DNA from: Treponemataceae bacterium
GTDB taxonomy: Bacteria; Spirochaetota; Spirochaetia; Treponematales; Rectinemataceae
Direction of reading: 5' to 3'
NCBI GenBank assembly: GCA_963678065.2
Contig: CAXXVZ010000003.1
Coordinates: 1,536,001 to 1,600,000, forward strand
Length of the DNA stretch: 64,000 bases
The notes beneath the pieces were generated by a model. That model saw nothing but the letters and a program-made list of their open reading frames with translations, was not told the DNA's origin and did not search any database. Position numbers and translations under genes: made by a program. This document shows, in pieces, positions 1 to 8,975 of the stretch (position 1 is its first letter; the number at the start of each line of letters is the position of its first letter).

Positions 1-705
1 CTGCATTCACATCCGGAGCTGTCTATCGGACTGATAGACTCAGGAGGCACGAAGGTCAGGGTCCGGGAGTCGAACTTCTGCCTCGAACCCGGGGACATTC
101 TCTTCATTCCACCTGAATGGGTTCACCTCTGTGAACCCGAAGACGATTCTGTTTTCCGTTTCAAGATTGTATATATCCGGTCTGAATGGTTTCGGGATGC
201 TTTCAGGGTCGATCCGGAGACATTCAAACCATTCAAGAAAAACTTATCCGATGTCAATGCGGACAGATTCACCGCATTTCTCCAGGCATTTCCTCAGGCC
301 GGGAAGCTCGACATCGAAACCGAGCTCATTCTCATCCTTGAGGACCTACTCGCGGGGTACATGGAAAGGCCCGAAGAGCGTGGGACAGAAAAAACGGAGA
401 ATTCGCTGGAAGACGTGAAAAACCATATCAATACGCGGTACCGGGATACCATCTCCCTCGATGACCTCGCCCGCGTCGGAAACATGAACAAGTATACACT
501 TGTACGTTTTTTCCGGAAAACCTGCCGGCTTACACCGCACGCCTACCTTCTCAACGTGAGGATCAACAGGGCGAAAGAGTTGATTCTCCGAAACATGATG
601 ATTGCCGAAATTGCGGCGGAATGCGGATTTTCGGATCAGAGCCATTTCGTGAAAATATTCAAGGCATACGTCGGTATCGCTCCATCGGAATACCGGAAGA
701 AATAA
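1..705 (+). CDS. AraC-family transcriptional regulator (5' end outside the window)
   Basis: Frame 1 is open from base 1 (LHSHPELSIGLI... cupin-like) through the AraC HTH (ISLDDLA...GFSDQSHFVKIFKAYVGIAPSEYR). Confidence 0.9.
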   Translation: MHSHPELSIGLIDSGGTKVRVRESNFCLEPGDILFIPPEWVHLCEPEDDSVFRFKIVYIRSEWFRDAFRVDPETFKPFKKNLSDVNADRFTAFLQAFPQAGKLDIETELILILEDLLAGYMERPEERGTEKTENSLEDVKNHINTRYRDTISLDDLARVGNMNKYTLVRFFRKTCRLTPHAYLLNVRINRAKELILRNMMIAEIAAECGFSDQSHFVKIFKAYVGIAPSEYRKK

Positions 706-809
706 GCGCCTGCCGCATCGCGAAAAACGAGGATAAACTTCACCGTCCGTCAATTTTTTACAAGTCAATCTCCGATTGCATCCGCATTCTTGCAAACGGA
801 GGTTATCCA

Positions 810-953
810 ATGAAACTCTCAATCATCGTCAACGACTCACTCACATTCGGTCTTGCTATGAATGCGGCTGCGGTACTCGGGCTGAGTATCGGCAACCAGG
901 TCCCCGCCGCTGCGGTGAAAAAGCTCACGGGAAATCTGGAGCTGTACCGATGA
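810..953 (+). pseudogene. DUF2000-family protein with large in-frame internal deletion (47 aa)
   Basis: GGAGG RBS; the N-terminus MKLSIIVNDSLTFGLAMNAAAVLGLSIG joins directly to a DUF2000-type C-terminus VKKLTGNLELYR; lies between AraC and DMT genes. Confidence 0.7.
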
Positions 954-1849
954 GGCGGGTAATCTCTGAGGGGCGGAAAATCCCTGCAAAAACCGTCGCT
1001 GCAAACGCGGCGGCATTTATCACTATCACCATCTGGGCTTCCACGTACATCTCTTCGAAAATACTGGTGCAGCGCTTCTCGCCTCTGGAGGTTTCGCTTG
1101 TGCGGTTTTTTATAGGCGCCGTATTTCTTTCCATGCTTTCCCCTCCCCGCAGCCTCCGCATTTCGTGGAAATCCGAGCGCCCCTTCGCGGTAGCCGGATT
1201 TTTGGGGATATTTCTGTATTTTCTTCTCGAAAACCTGGCCTTGAAGTACACGTATGCGTCGAACGTCTCGATAATCGTCGCGACGATTCCATTGCTGACA
1301 ACGCTTTTCGGAATCGCGGCCTTCGGAAAAAACCCATCAGGTTTGAGATTCTTCGCGTCCACGGCTCTGTCTTTGTCGGGCGTCTGTTTCATCATTTTCG
1401 GGAAGGGGAGATTCTCGGGTCTTTCGCCCAAAGGCGACCTCCTCGCGCTCGGAGCGGCTTCCGTTTTCGCGCTCTACACGATCCTTCTGCAAAAAATGAG
1501 CACGAAAGCGAGCGCACTCGTGACGGCGCGGAAGACGGTCACATGGGGTCTCGTATTCATTGCGCCCACAGCTTTCTTTTCGGGCTCTCTGCGCTCCCTG
1601 AGCCCGATTGCCGCCGAACCCTATCTCTGGCATTTTCTTTTTCTGGGTCTGCTTCCTTCAGGTCTTTGTTTTGTTCTCTGGAGCGCAGCCATCGCAGATC
1701 TCGGTCCAGTGAAAACGAGCAGGTATATCTACTTTGTCCCCGTGATCACGAGTCTACTCTCATGGATAGTCCTCAATGAGGGTATTACCTTCCTCAAGAT
1801 CACGGGAATCGTGTTGATCATCGCGGGTGCGCAGCTGAAACCGGAGTGA
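950..1849 (+). CDS. DMT/EamA-family transporter
   Basis: About 10 TM segments; IWASTYI, GDLLAL motifs; ATGA overlap with the upstream ORF. Confidence 0.88.
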   Translation: MRRVISEGRKIPAKTVAANAAAFITITIWASTYISSKILVQRFSPLEVSLVRFFIGAVFLSMLSPPRSLRISWKSERPFAVAGFLGIFLYFLLENLALKYTYASNVSIIVATIPLLTTLFGIAAFGKNPSGLRFFASTALSLSGVCFIIFGKGRFSGLSPKGDLLALGAASVFALYTILLQKMSTKASALVTARKTVTWGLVFIAPTAFFSGSLRSLSPIAAEPYLWHFLFLGLLPSGLCFVLWSAAIADLGPVKTSRYIYFVPVITSLLSWIVLNEGITFLKITGIVLIIAGAQLKPE

Positions 1850-2094
1850 CAGGCCGCCATGCTCGAGTGCCATGAGCGCGGATAGTATTAATTTGTACAC
1901 ATACTAAACAAAACTACAACCACACGCCCCCCGCGACCTCATCGACATCGACAGCTTACAGCGAACCGGCGGTTCGATCGCACGATTGGATCAATTTTAC
2001 TTAATTGCACGTTTTTGCTACCTTAAAATGGATGATCGTCCGAATACGGACCTTCCTTTTGAAGCCTTGAGTGGTGCCCAAAGGAAACCACAGA

Positions 2095-3039
2095 ATGGAA
2101 TACAAGGATTATTACAAGACTCTTGGAGTGGAAAAGACTGCCGGGAAAGAAGAAATCAAAAAACAGTATCGAAAACTGGCGCGTCAATTCCACCCCGACG
2201 TCAATACCACCGACAAGAACGCAGGGCTCAAGTTTGGCGAAATCAGCGAAGCGTATGAAGTCTTGTCTGACGACGAAAAACGTCGAAAATATGACGCCTT
2301 CGGTTCGGATTGGGAGCAGCACCAAAAAACGGGAAAGGCGGATGACTTTGACTGGTCCAAATATGCGTCCCGGGAGAATGGACAGGAAGGGAATTCCGCC
2401 CGGAACCGGGAGGAATTTTTCGGGGAAGATTCTGACATGTCGGATTTTTTCAGGAATATTTTCGGGCAGAGGTTTCAGGGGCAGGAAGGCGCTCCGTTCG
2501 CCCGCAGAGAGCAGGATTTGAGCGCAGAACTCACTATCAGCCTTGAAGAAGCCTATGAAGGCGGCGTCAGGATCCTCAACGTCGGAGACAGCAGGATCCG
2601 TCTCAAACTCAAGCCGGGAATATGGGATCGACAGAAAATCAAGATCGCCGGCAAGGGGGCGCCTGGCACCAACGGCGCCGCACATGGCGATCTCTACATC
2701 ACCTTTCTTCTTCAACCGCATCCGGAATACAGACTTGACGGCGCCGATCTTTTCAGAGACATACCGCTCAGTATTTACTCGGCCATGCTCGGCACCGCTC
2801 TGGAAATAAAAACCATCTCCGGAACGTTCGAACTGAAAATACCCCCGGAGACCAAAAACGGAACGGTTTTCAGATTGAAGGGTAAGGGTTTCCCTGTCTA
2901 CGACAAGCCCGGGACCCACGGAAATCTCTTCCTCAAGGTAGTGCTTCAATTGCCCGAAAAACTGACAGCACAGGAAAAAAAGCTTGTTCGGGAATTGGCG
3001 GCGCTCCGGAATGAAAAGGTTGGGGAGGAAAAGCGATGA
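2095..3039 (+). CDS. cbpA: DnaJ-class curved DNA-binding co-chaperone CbpA
   Basis: MEYKDYY J-domain with HPD, DnaJ C-terminal domain, no zinc finger; followed by a CbpM-like gene. Confidence 0.9.
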   Translation: MEYKDYYKTLGVEKTAGKEEIKKQYRKLARQFHPDVNTTDKNAGLKFGEISEAYEVLSDDEKRRKYDAFGSDWEQHQKTGKADDFDWSKYASRENGQEGNSARNREEFFGEDSDMSDFFRNIFGQRFQGQEGAPFARREQDLSAELTISLEEAYEGGVRILNVGDSRIRLKLKPGIWDRQKIKIAGKGAPGTNGAAHGDLYITFLLQPHPEYRLDGADLFRDIPLSIYSAMLGTALEIKTISGTFELKIPPETKNGTVFRLKGKGFPVYDKPGTHGNLFLKVVLQLPEKLTAQEKKLVRELAALRNEKVGEEKR

Positions 3040-3392
3040 ACATGAAAAACGGAATACCCCTCAGCCAAGTCTGCGACTACTTCCACATCGATCTCGTAGT
3101 TGTCCGTGACTTTGCGGATTTCGGCCTGTATCCTACCGTCTTTTCCGATGGCGAAATCGGGGTTGAAACGCAGAACCTGGACAGGCTGAAAAAAATCATC
3201 AGTCTGCACAAGGCGCTCGGGATCAACAAAGAAGGTATTGAGGTCATTCTCGACCTGCGGGAGAAAATCTCCGGGCTTCAGACTGAAGTCGAATTCCTGC
3301 AGAACGAGGTGGAAAAATTGAAGCGCTATGCGGGGAACGAAGAGCCCGAGGCCCTGAAAAATCGCGGCCTTTTGATAGAAATCAGCGATTGA
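3036..3392 (+). CDS. cbpM: Chaperone modulator CbpM (MerR-like HTH)
   Basis: LHKALGINKEGIEVILDL motif; coupled to cbpA by ATGA overlap. Confidence 0.8.
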   Translation: MNMKNGIPLSQVCDYFHIDLVVVRDFADFGLYPTVFSDGEIGVETQNLDRLKKIISLHKALGINKEGIEVILDLREKISGLQTEVEFLQNEVEKLKRYAGNEEPEALKNRGLLIEISD

Positions 3393-3456
3393 ACATGGAT
3401 TAACTGCGCGCAGGGCCCCTTTCCGCCACGTCTGCGGGCCGGCTACACTCCCCTGC

Positions 3457-4437
3457 ATGAGCAGCTCAGACAGTCCCGAAAAGCTCCCCGCCAGCGCCAT
3501 CCCGGTGGCGATCCTCATAGCCGCGATCTGGGGATTCAACTTCGTCGTCATCAAGGTGGGGGTCGCGGGCGTCCCGCCCCTCATGCTCGCCGCGCTGCGC
3601 TTTTTCTTCAGCGTCCTGCCGGCGATCTTTTTCGTAAAAAAACCCTCGGCGCCGATCGGGACCGTCGCGGTCTACGGCCTTCTTCTCGGCGTAGGAGAAT
3701 TCGGATTTCTTTTCACGGCGATCAAACTTGGCGCTCCGGCGGGCCTTAGCTCCATTCTCCTGCAGTCTCAGGCCTTTTTCACCGCCATCCTCGGCGCTGT
3801 CTTCCTGAAGGAGAAGCTCCGCGCGCACAACATCGCAGGCATGATCGTCGCCGGCGCAGGGCTCGCGATGTTCGGCTTCGTTTCTGCGCAGGCCGCGTCG
3901 CAGGCAACAGCGAATGTCGCCGGAGCTGCCGCCGGAGCGACGACTGGCGCTGCCATCGCCGCGGTTTCCTCCGGCCTCTCTCCCGCGCTTCTCGCGATGA
4001 TCCTCGCGGCCGCCGCGAGCTGGGCGGGCGCCAATGTAGTGGCGCGCACCATCCCCAAGGCCGGCGGACTCAGTCTCATAGTCTGGTCGAGTCTCTTCTC
4101 CCCCCTGCCCCTCGCGGCCCTCTCCCTCGCCCTGGAGGGCCCCGCGGCGATCGCCGGAGCCTTCAGCTCCGTGAGCCTCACGACAATCGGCGCCCTCGCC
4201 TACCTCGTCATCCTCTCGACCCTGGTCGGCTACGGACTGTGGAACCAGCTCATCATGCGTCACGGAGCGGGCAGGATTGCGCCCTTCTCCCTCATGGTCC
4301 CCGTCTTTGCCCTCGCGGCCTCCACCCTCGTCCTGGGCGAACACTTCGGTCCCACCGAGGCTGCCGCCTCCACCCTCGTCCTCGCAGGGCTCCTCATCCA
4401 CGTCTTCGGGGGCAGGCTTCGAGCCCGGAAAGGCTAA
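3457..4437 (+). CDS. EamA-family (O-acetylserine/cysteine-type) exporter
   Basis: IWGFNFVVIKVG, LQSQAFFT, APFSLMVPVF motifs; contains an Ala-rich internal loop. Confidence 0.88.
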   Translation: MSSSDSPEKLPASAIPVAILIAAIWGFNFVVIKVGVAGVPPLMLAALRFFFSVLPAIFFVKKPSAPIGTVAVYGLLLGVGEFGFLFTAIKLGAPAGLSSILLQSQAFFTAILGAVFLKEKLRAHNIAGMIVAGAGLAMFGFVSAQAASQATANVAGAAAGATTGAAIAAVSSGLSPALLAMILAAAASWAGANVVARTIPKAGGLSLIVWSSLFSPLPLAALSLALEGPAAIAGAFSSVSLTTIGALAYLVILSTLVGYGLWNQLIMRHGAGRIAPFSLMVPVFALAASTLVLGEHFGPTEAAASTLVLAGLLIHVFGGRLRARKG

Positions 4438-4460
4438 AGGCAGAGAGGTCGAATCGACAA

Positions 4461-4505
4461 CCTCGCATCGAGCGAACTGCGGGGTATGAAACCCGCCTGC
4501 GAATC
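4461..4505. repeat. Short REP-like extragenic element, copy 1
   Basis: GCGGGGTATGAAACC(cgcc)TGCGAATC, preceded by a hairpin arm; second copy at 41424-41446. Confidence 0.5.
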
Positions 4506-4563
4506 GCGCAAGGCCACGGGAGCCGAGGCTGTACCCGGCTTCAGCTTCATATCGCCATCAGCT

Positions 4564-5667
4564 TCATATAGCCAGGGCCGACGCGAGTTCCAGGATGCGC
4601 AGCTTGTCTGCCCTGTAATCAAAAGGCTGCTTTGTGGGGCCGAAATGGTTTCGGGCCACGGCGACGACGATATTCCCGCGTGGAAGAACCCCGCAGACGC
4701 TGAAGGATGCGCCCGAAGCCACATATCCTCCCGCTTCCGGGAAAATCCACCAGAGAAGCCCATAATCGCTGTTGTCTGAAGTGCGACGCGAGTGAGGACT
4801 CCATATTTCGGAGCGAAGCTCCGGGCTGCACCAGCGCGATCCGGAGGCATCGGTCAGGCTGAGCCATCTTTCGCCGAACGTCAGAAGATCGCGGGCCGTT
4901 CCATACAGGCCGAGCCCGCAGTGTTGCCGGCGCTGCGATGGTACAATCCGAGCCTCGATGCAGGGAAGGGCCCGGGCCGCGGCGCCGGCGGCGATATCGC
5001 TGTCGTAGAAGTAGCAAAGGCCTCCAAGCCCGAAAGGTCCCAGGATCTCGTTGCGCAGGAGCTCTTCGTAGTCGCGCCCCGTGAGCGCCTCCAGGAAACG
5101 CTCGAGGATATGCATGCCCAGAGCGGAGTAGACGAAGACCGAGCCGGGCTTCGTCACGACGACGACCTCGGCTAGGTTGATATCTACATCCGCGTTCACC
5201 CCCGTGCCGGTATTCCCGCCGAGGTGGATGCCGTCCTCGATCCTGCCGGGCAGGGCGCAGCCCGAGCTGTGGCAGAGGAGGCTGCGCAGTGTCACCGTCC
5301 GTTTGTCGAAAGCTCCCGCCCCGTGTTCGCGGAATTCAGGCAAAACCGAAGAGAGTGCCTGGTCCAGAGACAGGAGGCCTGAGCACACAAGGCGCGCGAC
5401 GAGGGCGGCGGTCACGGATTTCGTGACGGACCACCAGGGCCAGAGCGAGCCGCAGTCGATGGGCGCGCTCGGGTCCTGCGCTTCGCGCCCCTTCAGGTAG
5501 CGCTCCGAGAGGAGCACTCCTTCTCTCGACAGAAGAATCCCCGCGGAACAGGGGCTCAAAGCCTCGAGCGTGCCCTCGACATAGTCGACGAGGGCGGAGG
5601 TGGCCTCGCTTTTTCCGGGCCATTCCATCGTATCGGACAGTATTGTGTGGCGCAGCGGCGAATTCAT
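4564..5667 (-). CDS. Serine hydrolase (beta-lactamase/esterase family)
   Basis: SxxK (WSVTK), LLCHSSG, YS motif, YGLLWW; last gene of the ABC operon. Confidence 0.85.
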   Translation of the reverse strand: MNSPLRHTILSDTMEWPGKSEATSALVDYVEGTLEALSPCSAGILLSREGVLLSERYLKGREAQDPSAPIDCGSLWPWWSVTKSVTAALVARLVCSGLLSLDQALSSVLPEFREHGAGAFDKRTVTLRSLLCHSSGCALPGRIEDGIHLGGNTGTGVNADVDINLAEVVVVTKPGSVFVYSALGMHILERFLEALTGRDYEELLRNEILGPFGLGGLCYFYDSDIAAGAAARALPCIEARIVPSQRRQHCGLGLYGTARDLLTFGERWLSLTDASGSRWCSPELRSEIWSPHSRRTSDNSDYGLLWWIFPEAGGYVASGASFSVCGVLPRGNIVVAVARNHFGPTKQPFDYRADKLRILELASALAI

Positions 5668-6494
5668 CCTTTCAGTCCCGTCGTCGCGATTCCCTCGACG
5701 AAATACTTCTGGGCCAGAAAAAAGATGATCACCGAGGGGAGGATGGCCACGATGGACATGGCGGAGATCTCGTTCCAGGGAGGAATGCCCATCGCGTCTA
5801 TAGAGAGGCGCAACCCCAAAGGCACGGGGTATTTGTCGACGCTCGAAATATAGATGAGAGATTGGAAAAAATCATCCCAGGTCCAGATGAACTGGAATAT
5901 CGCCGCGGAAAAGATGGCCGGCTTCAGGAGGGGCAAGAGGATGCTCCAGAGGATGCGGAATGAACCGCATCCGTCGATGTAGGCGGATTCGTCGAGCGAG
6001 CGGGGAATCCCCCGCATGAACTGGGCGAACATGAAGATGAAAAAAGGCACCCCCGCGGCCGCGGTGAGCCAGAAGGGCAGGTAGGAATCGAGCATGCCGA
6101 TATTCCGGAAGATCAGGTAGCGCGGGATGAGGAGCACCGTGTTCGGCAGAAGCAGTGTCCCGATCATGACCGCGAAGAGAGGTTTATTGAGCGCAAACGT
6201 GAAACGGGCAAAGCCGTAGGCGACGAGGACGCCGGAGATGATGGTCAGGAGCACGGTCGGCAGGGTCAGCACGGTGGAATTCCGGAGGAAGAGGCCGAAG
6301 CCCGGTCGACCCTCCCCGCTCCAGCCCTTTATGAAGCCGTCGAGACTGAAGGAGGACGGCAAGAGCGAACTGCTCGAGAGGATCTCCATGGTGTTCTTGA
6401 ATGAGGACGAGAGGAGCCATATCAGGGGATAGACGAGCACGAGGCCGAAGAGCACGAGCCCGGCGTGGGTGAGAGCGCTGTTTCGCTTTTTCAT
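5664..6494 (-). CDS. Carbohydrate ABC transporter permease
   Basis: EAA loop LDESAYIDG; FIWTWDDFF; ends EGIATTGLKG. Confidence 0.93.
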   Translation of the reverse strand: MKKRNSALTHAGLVLFGLVLVYPLIWLLSSSFKNTMEILSSSSLLPSSFSLDGFIKGWSGEGRPGFGLFLRNSTVLTLPTVLLTIISGVLVAYGFARFTFALNKPLFAVMIGTLLLPNTVLLIPRYLIFRNIGMLDSYLPFWLTAAAGVPFFIFMFAQFMRGIPRSLDESAYIDGCGSFRILWSILLPLLKPAIFSAAIFQFIWTWDDFFQSLIYISSVDKYPVPLGLRLSIDAMGIPPWNEISAMSIVAILPSVIIFFLAQKYFVEGIATTGLKG

Positions 6495-6496
6495 CT

Positions 6497-7384
6497 TCAG
6501 TTCTCCGAATCCATGTAGTGCAGCCAGCCCGACGAACTCAAGAACAGAAGACCGGTGATCACCATCAGGATGACGAAGAGGACCCAGGAGAGCGCCGAGG
6601 CGTATCCCATCTTGAAGTATTTGAAGGCGTTGTCGTACAGAAGGAGGGCGTAGAGGTAGGTGGAGTGAAGCGGCCCGCCCGCCGTGATGACGAAGGCCGT
6701 CGTGAAGGTCTGGAAGGCGTTCACGGTCTGCATGATGAGGTTGAAGAACAGGATCGGCGTGATGAGGGGAAAGCTGATGGAGAAGAATATGCGCAGTTTT
6801 CCCGCGCCGTCGATGCGGGCCGCTTCGTAGAGAAAGTCGGGCACCTGTTTCAGACCGGCCAAAAAGAGCACCATGGACGATCCGAACTGCCAGACCTGGA
6901 GCAGGCTTATCGTGAGGAGGGAGAAGCGCTGGTCGCCGAGCCAGTCCGGTCCCGTGATGGATACCGCGGCGAGAAGCCGGTTGATGAGGCCGTCACCCGA
7001 GAAGAGCATCCTCCACAAGATGGACAGGGCGATGCTGCCGCCGAAGATCGAAGGCAGATAGTACAGGGTCCGGTAGAACCCGATGCCCTTCAGTTTCTGG
7101 TTGAGTATGACGGCGACGAGGAGGGCGAAGGCGAGCTTGACCGGAACGGAGATCAGCACGTACTTCGTGGTGATCCACAGGGATTTCGGAAACAGATCGT
7201 CTTCCGTGAACATTTTCGCGTAATTCGCGAGGCCCACGAAGCGTGGAGGACGGAGGACGGAGTAGTCGGTCAGAGAGAACACCAGAGTCGATACAAATGG
7301 CACGAGCGTGAGACAGAAAAAGCCGACGAGCCAGGGAGCGATGTAGAGGTAGCCTTTCCGGTTGTATTGCCTGAGGGAACTCAT
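6497..7384 (-). CDS. Carbohydrate ABC transporter permease
   Basis: LYEAARIDGA EAA motif; MGYASAL. Confidence 0.93.
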   Translation of the reverse strand: MSSLRQYNRKGYLYIAPWLVGFFCLTLVPFVSTLVFSLTDYSVLRPPRFVGLANYAKMFTEDDLFPKSLWITTKYVLISVPVKLAFALLVAVILNQKLKGIGFYRTLYYLPSIFGGSIALSILWRMLFSGDGLINRLLAAVSITGPDWLGDQRFSLLTISLLQVWQFGSSMVLFLAGLKQVPDFLYEAARIDGAGKLRIFFSISFPLITPILFFNLIMQTVNAFQTFTTAFVITAGGPLHSTYLYALLLYDNAFKYFKMGYASALSWVLFVILMVITGLLFLSSSGWLHYMDSEN

Positions 7385-7403
7385 TCACCCACCTTTATGA
7401 TAT

Positions 7404-7427
7404 GGGGGTCGCCGTGCGACGACCCCC
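7404..7427 (-). terminator. Intergenic hairpin after the solute-binding gene (mRNA-stabilising or partial terminator)
   Basis: GGGGGTCG-N8-CGACCCCC between the SBP and permease genes. Confidence 0.5.
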
Positions 7428-7460
7428 GAAAATCCGAATCGACTGCAAGACGGAAATCCA

Positions 7461-8762
7461 CTATTTGAAGTTTTTCAGCACCTTGACCGCTTTCTCGTAG
7501 AACTCTTTCGCGGCGGCTTCGGGGCTGATCCCGCCCTTGAGCCCGATCTGCTGGATGGCGGTGTGCAGAAGGTCGCGCACTTCGACCGGATCATAGTAGG
7601 AGAACTTGCCGGTGTCCGTGTCGTCGATCAGCTGCATCGCTCGCTTCGTGACATCGTCGATCAGATTCCCCTTTACCAGCGCGGCGTATCCTTTCGTATT
7701 GGTGGGAACTCCGCGTTCCAGGGCCATGAGCTTCGCGCCTTCCGGGTCGGTGTAGAGGAAATTCATGAGCTTGACCACGGCGTCAGTTTCTTTCGTCTTG
7801 GCGTTCACGCAGAACATCATGTTTGGGCCGATTTCGACGCCGGTCAGCTTCGCGTCTTCGATGACCGGGTAGCGGGTGAACCCGACTTTGAATTTGTAGT
7901 TCAGCTGCTGCGGAATCTGTGTAGCCGGCGTTTCGCTGAACAGAACCTTGCCATTGAGCCAATCGGGGTCAGACCAGGAGGCCTTGAGCAATACCGTTTT
8001 CCCGAGCGACTGGAAAGTGCCGTCCGCAAACCAGCTCTGGAAGAGCTTGAGTCCCTCGACGAGGTCCTTCTCCGTGAAACCGAACTCGGCGTTGGCGGAA
8101 ATGTAGGGTTTGCCCGTCTTCTGCACGAGGTAGGCGATGAGCGGATAGCCGTACTGATCCATGGTGCCTGTGTATCCGATGATCGAGGGATCCTTCGCCT
8201 TCGCGGCTTTCACCGTGGCCGCCATCGTTTTCCAGGACAGGTATTGATCGATCGAGATGCCCTGCTGATCGAGAAGAGTCTTGTTGTAGACGAGTACGCG
8301 GCCGTTGGCGCCGAGCGGCAGGCCGATGAGCTTTCCGTTCAGGGTCGAGTATTCGAGCGAGGTCCGCGACCATCCGCTCAGGTCAAGACCCGGGACCTTC
8401 CGGATATCCGCGAACATCTCGGGGCTCTTCTGGAAATCGCCGAACCACGCGACGACGAACTGGAAGACATCGGGCCCCGTACCGGCGGCCAGCTGGGTGA
8501 TGAGCTTGTCGTAGTAGCCCTCAAACCCCTGGTACTCGGTCTTCACGGTGATTTCGGGATACTTTTTCATGAATGCCTCGGCGGCGGCCACCGTAGCTTT
8601 GTGGCGGGTCTCTCCTCCCCACCACGCGAGCCTGATAGTCGCCGGTTTGCCGGCGCCCGGGCCCTGCTGCGCGAAAGCCGTTCCGGCTACCATGAAACAC
8701 AGAGTCGCACACAGCACGATTCGTACGAGATTCGATTTCCTGCATGAACGCGGATTGATCAT
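7461..8762 (-). CDS. Sugar ABC substrate-binding protein (TogB/YesO-like)
   Basis: Signal peptide; IRLAWWGGETRH and YYDKLITQLAAGTGPDVFQ motifs. Confidence 0.88.
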   Translation of the reverse strand: MINPRSCRKSNLVRIVLCATLCFMVAGTAFAQQGPGAGKPATIRLAWWGGETRHKATVAAAEAFMKKYPEITVKTEYQGFEGYYDKLITQLAAGTGPDVFQFVVAWFGDFQKSPEMFADIRKVPGLDLSGWSRTSLEYSTLNGKLIGLPLGANGRVLVYNKTLLDQQGISIDQYLSWKTMAATVKAAKAKDPSIIGYTGTMDQYGYPLIAYLVQKTGKPYISANAEFGFTEKDLVEGLKLFQSWFADGTFQSLGKTVLLKASWSDPDWLNGKVLFSETPATQIPQQLNYKFKVGFTRYPVIEDAKLTGVEIGPNMMFCVNAKTKETDAVVKLMNFLYTDPEGAKLMALERGVPTNTKGYAALVKGNLIDDVTKRAMQLIDDTDTGKFSYYDPVEVRDLLHTAIQQIGLKGGISPEAAAKEFYEKAVKVLKNFK

Positions 8763-8900
8763 ACGAGATTCCCTCCTGTCCCCTTTCCGGGGTCGGGAAT
8801 CATTCTAGGTAGGGATTCCCGATCCCGATAGGGACTATCTGATACGAAAAGAGGTAGCCGATTCTCCGATTCAGGCGCCAGGTTGCGCAGGATACGGAAA

Positions 8901-8965
8901 AGGTCGCGCAATCTACGATACACGCAGGTCGCGCGCGCAATCTGCGATGCCACACAATCTGCGAT
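8901..8965 (-). promoter_or_regulatory. Direct repeats, candidate response-regulator binding sites
   Basis: CAATCT(A/G)CGAT at 8909, 8938 and 8955, upstream of the SBP gene and next to the kinase gene. Confidence 0.5.
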
Positions 8966-8975
8966 TGCAGAGAAT

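Noticed and set aside
2060..2090. HspR HAIR or CIRCE element before cbpA
   Set aside because: Only a CTTGAGT half-site; no matching second arm
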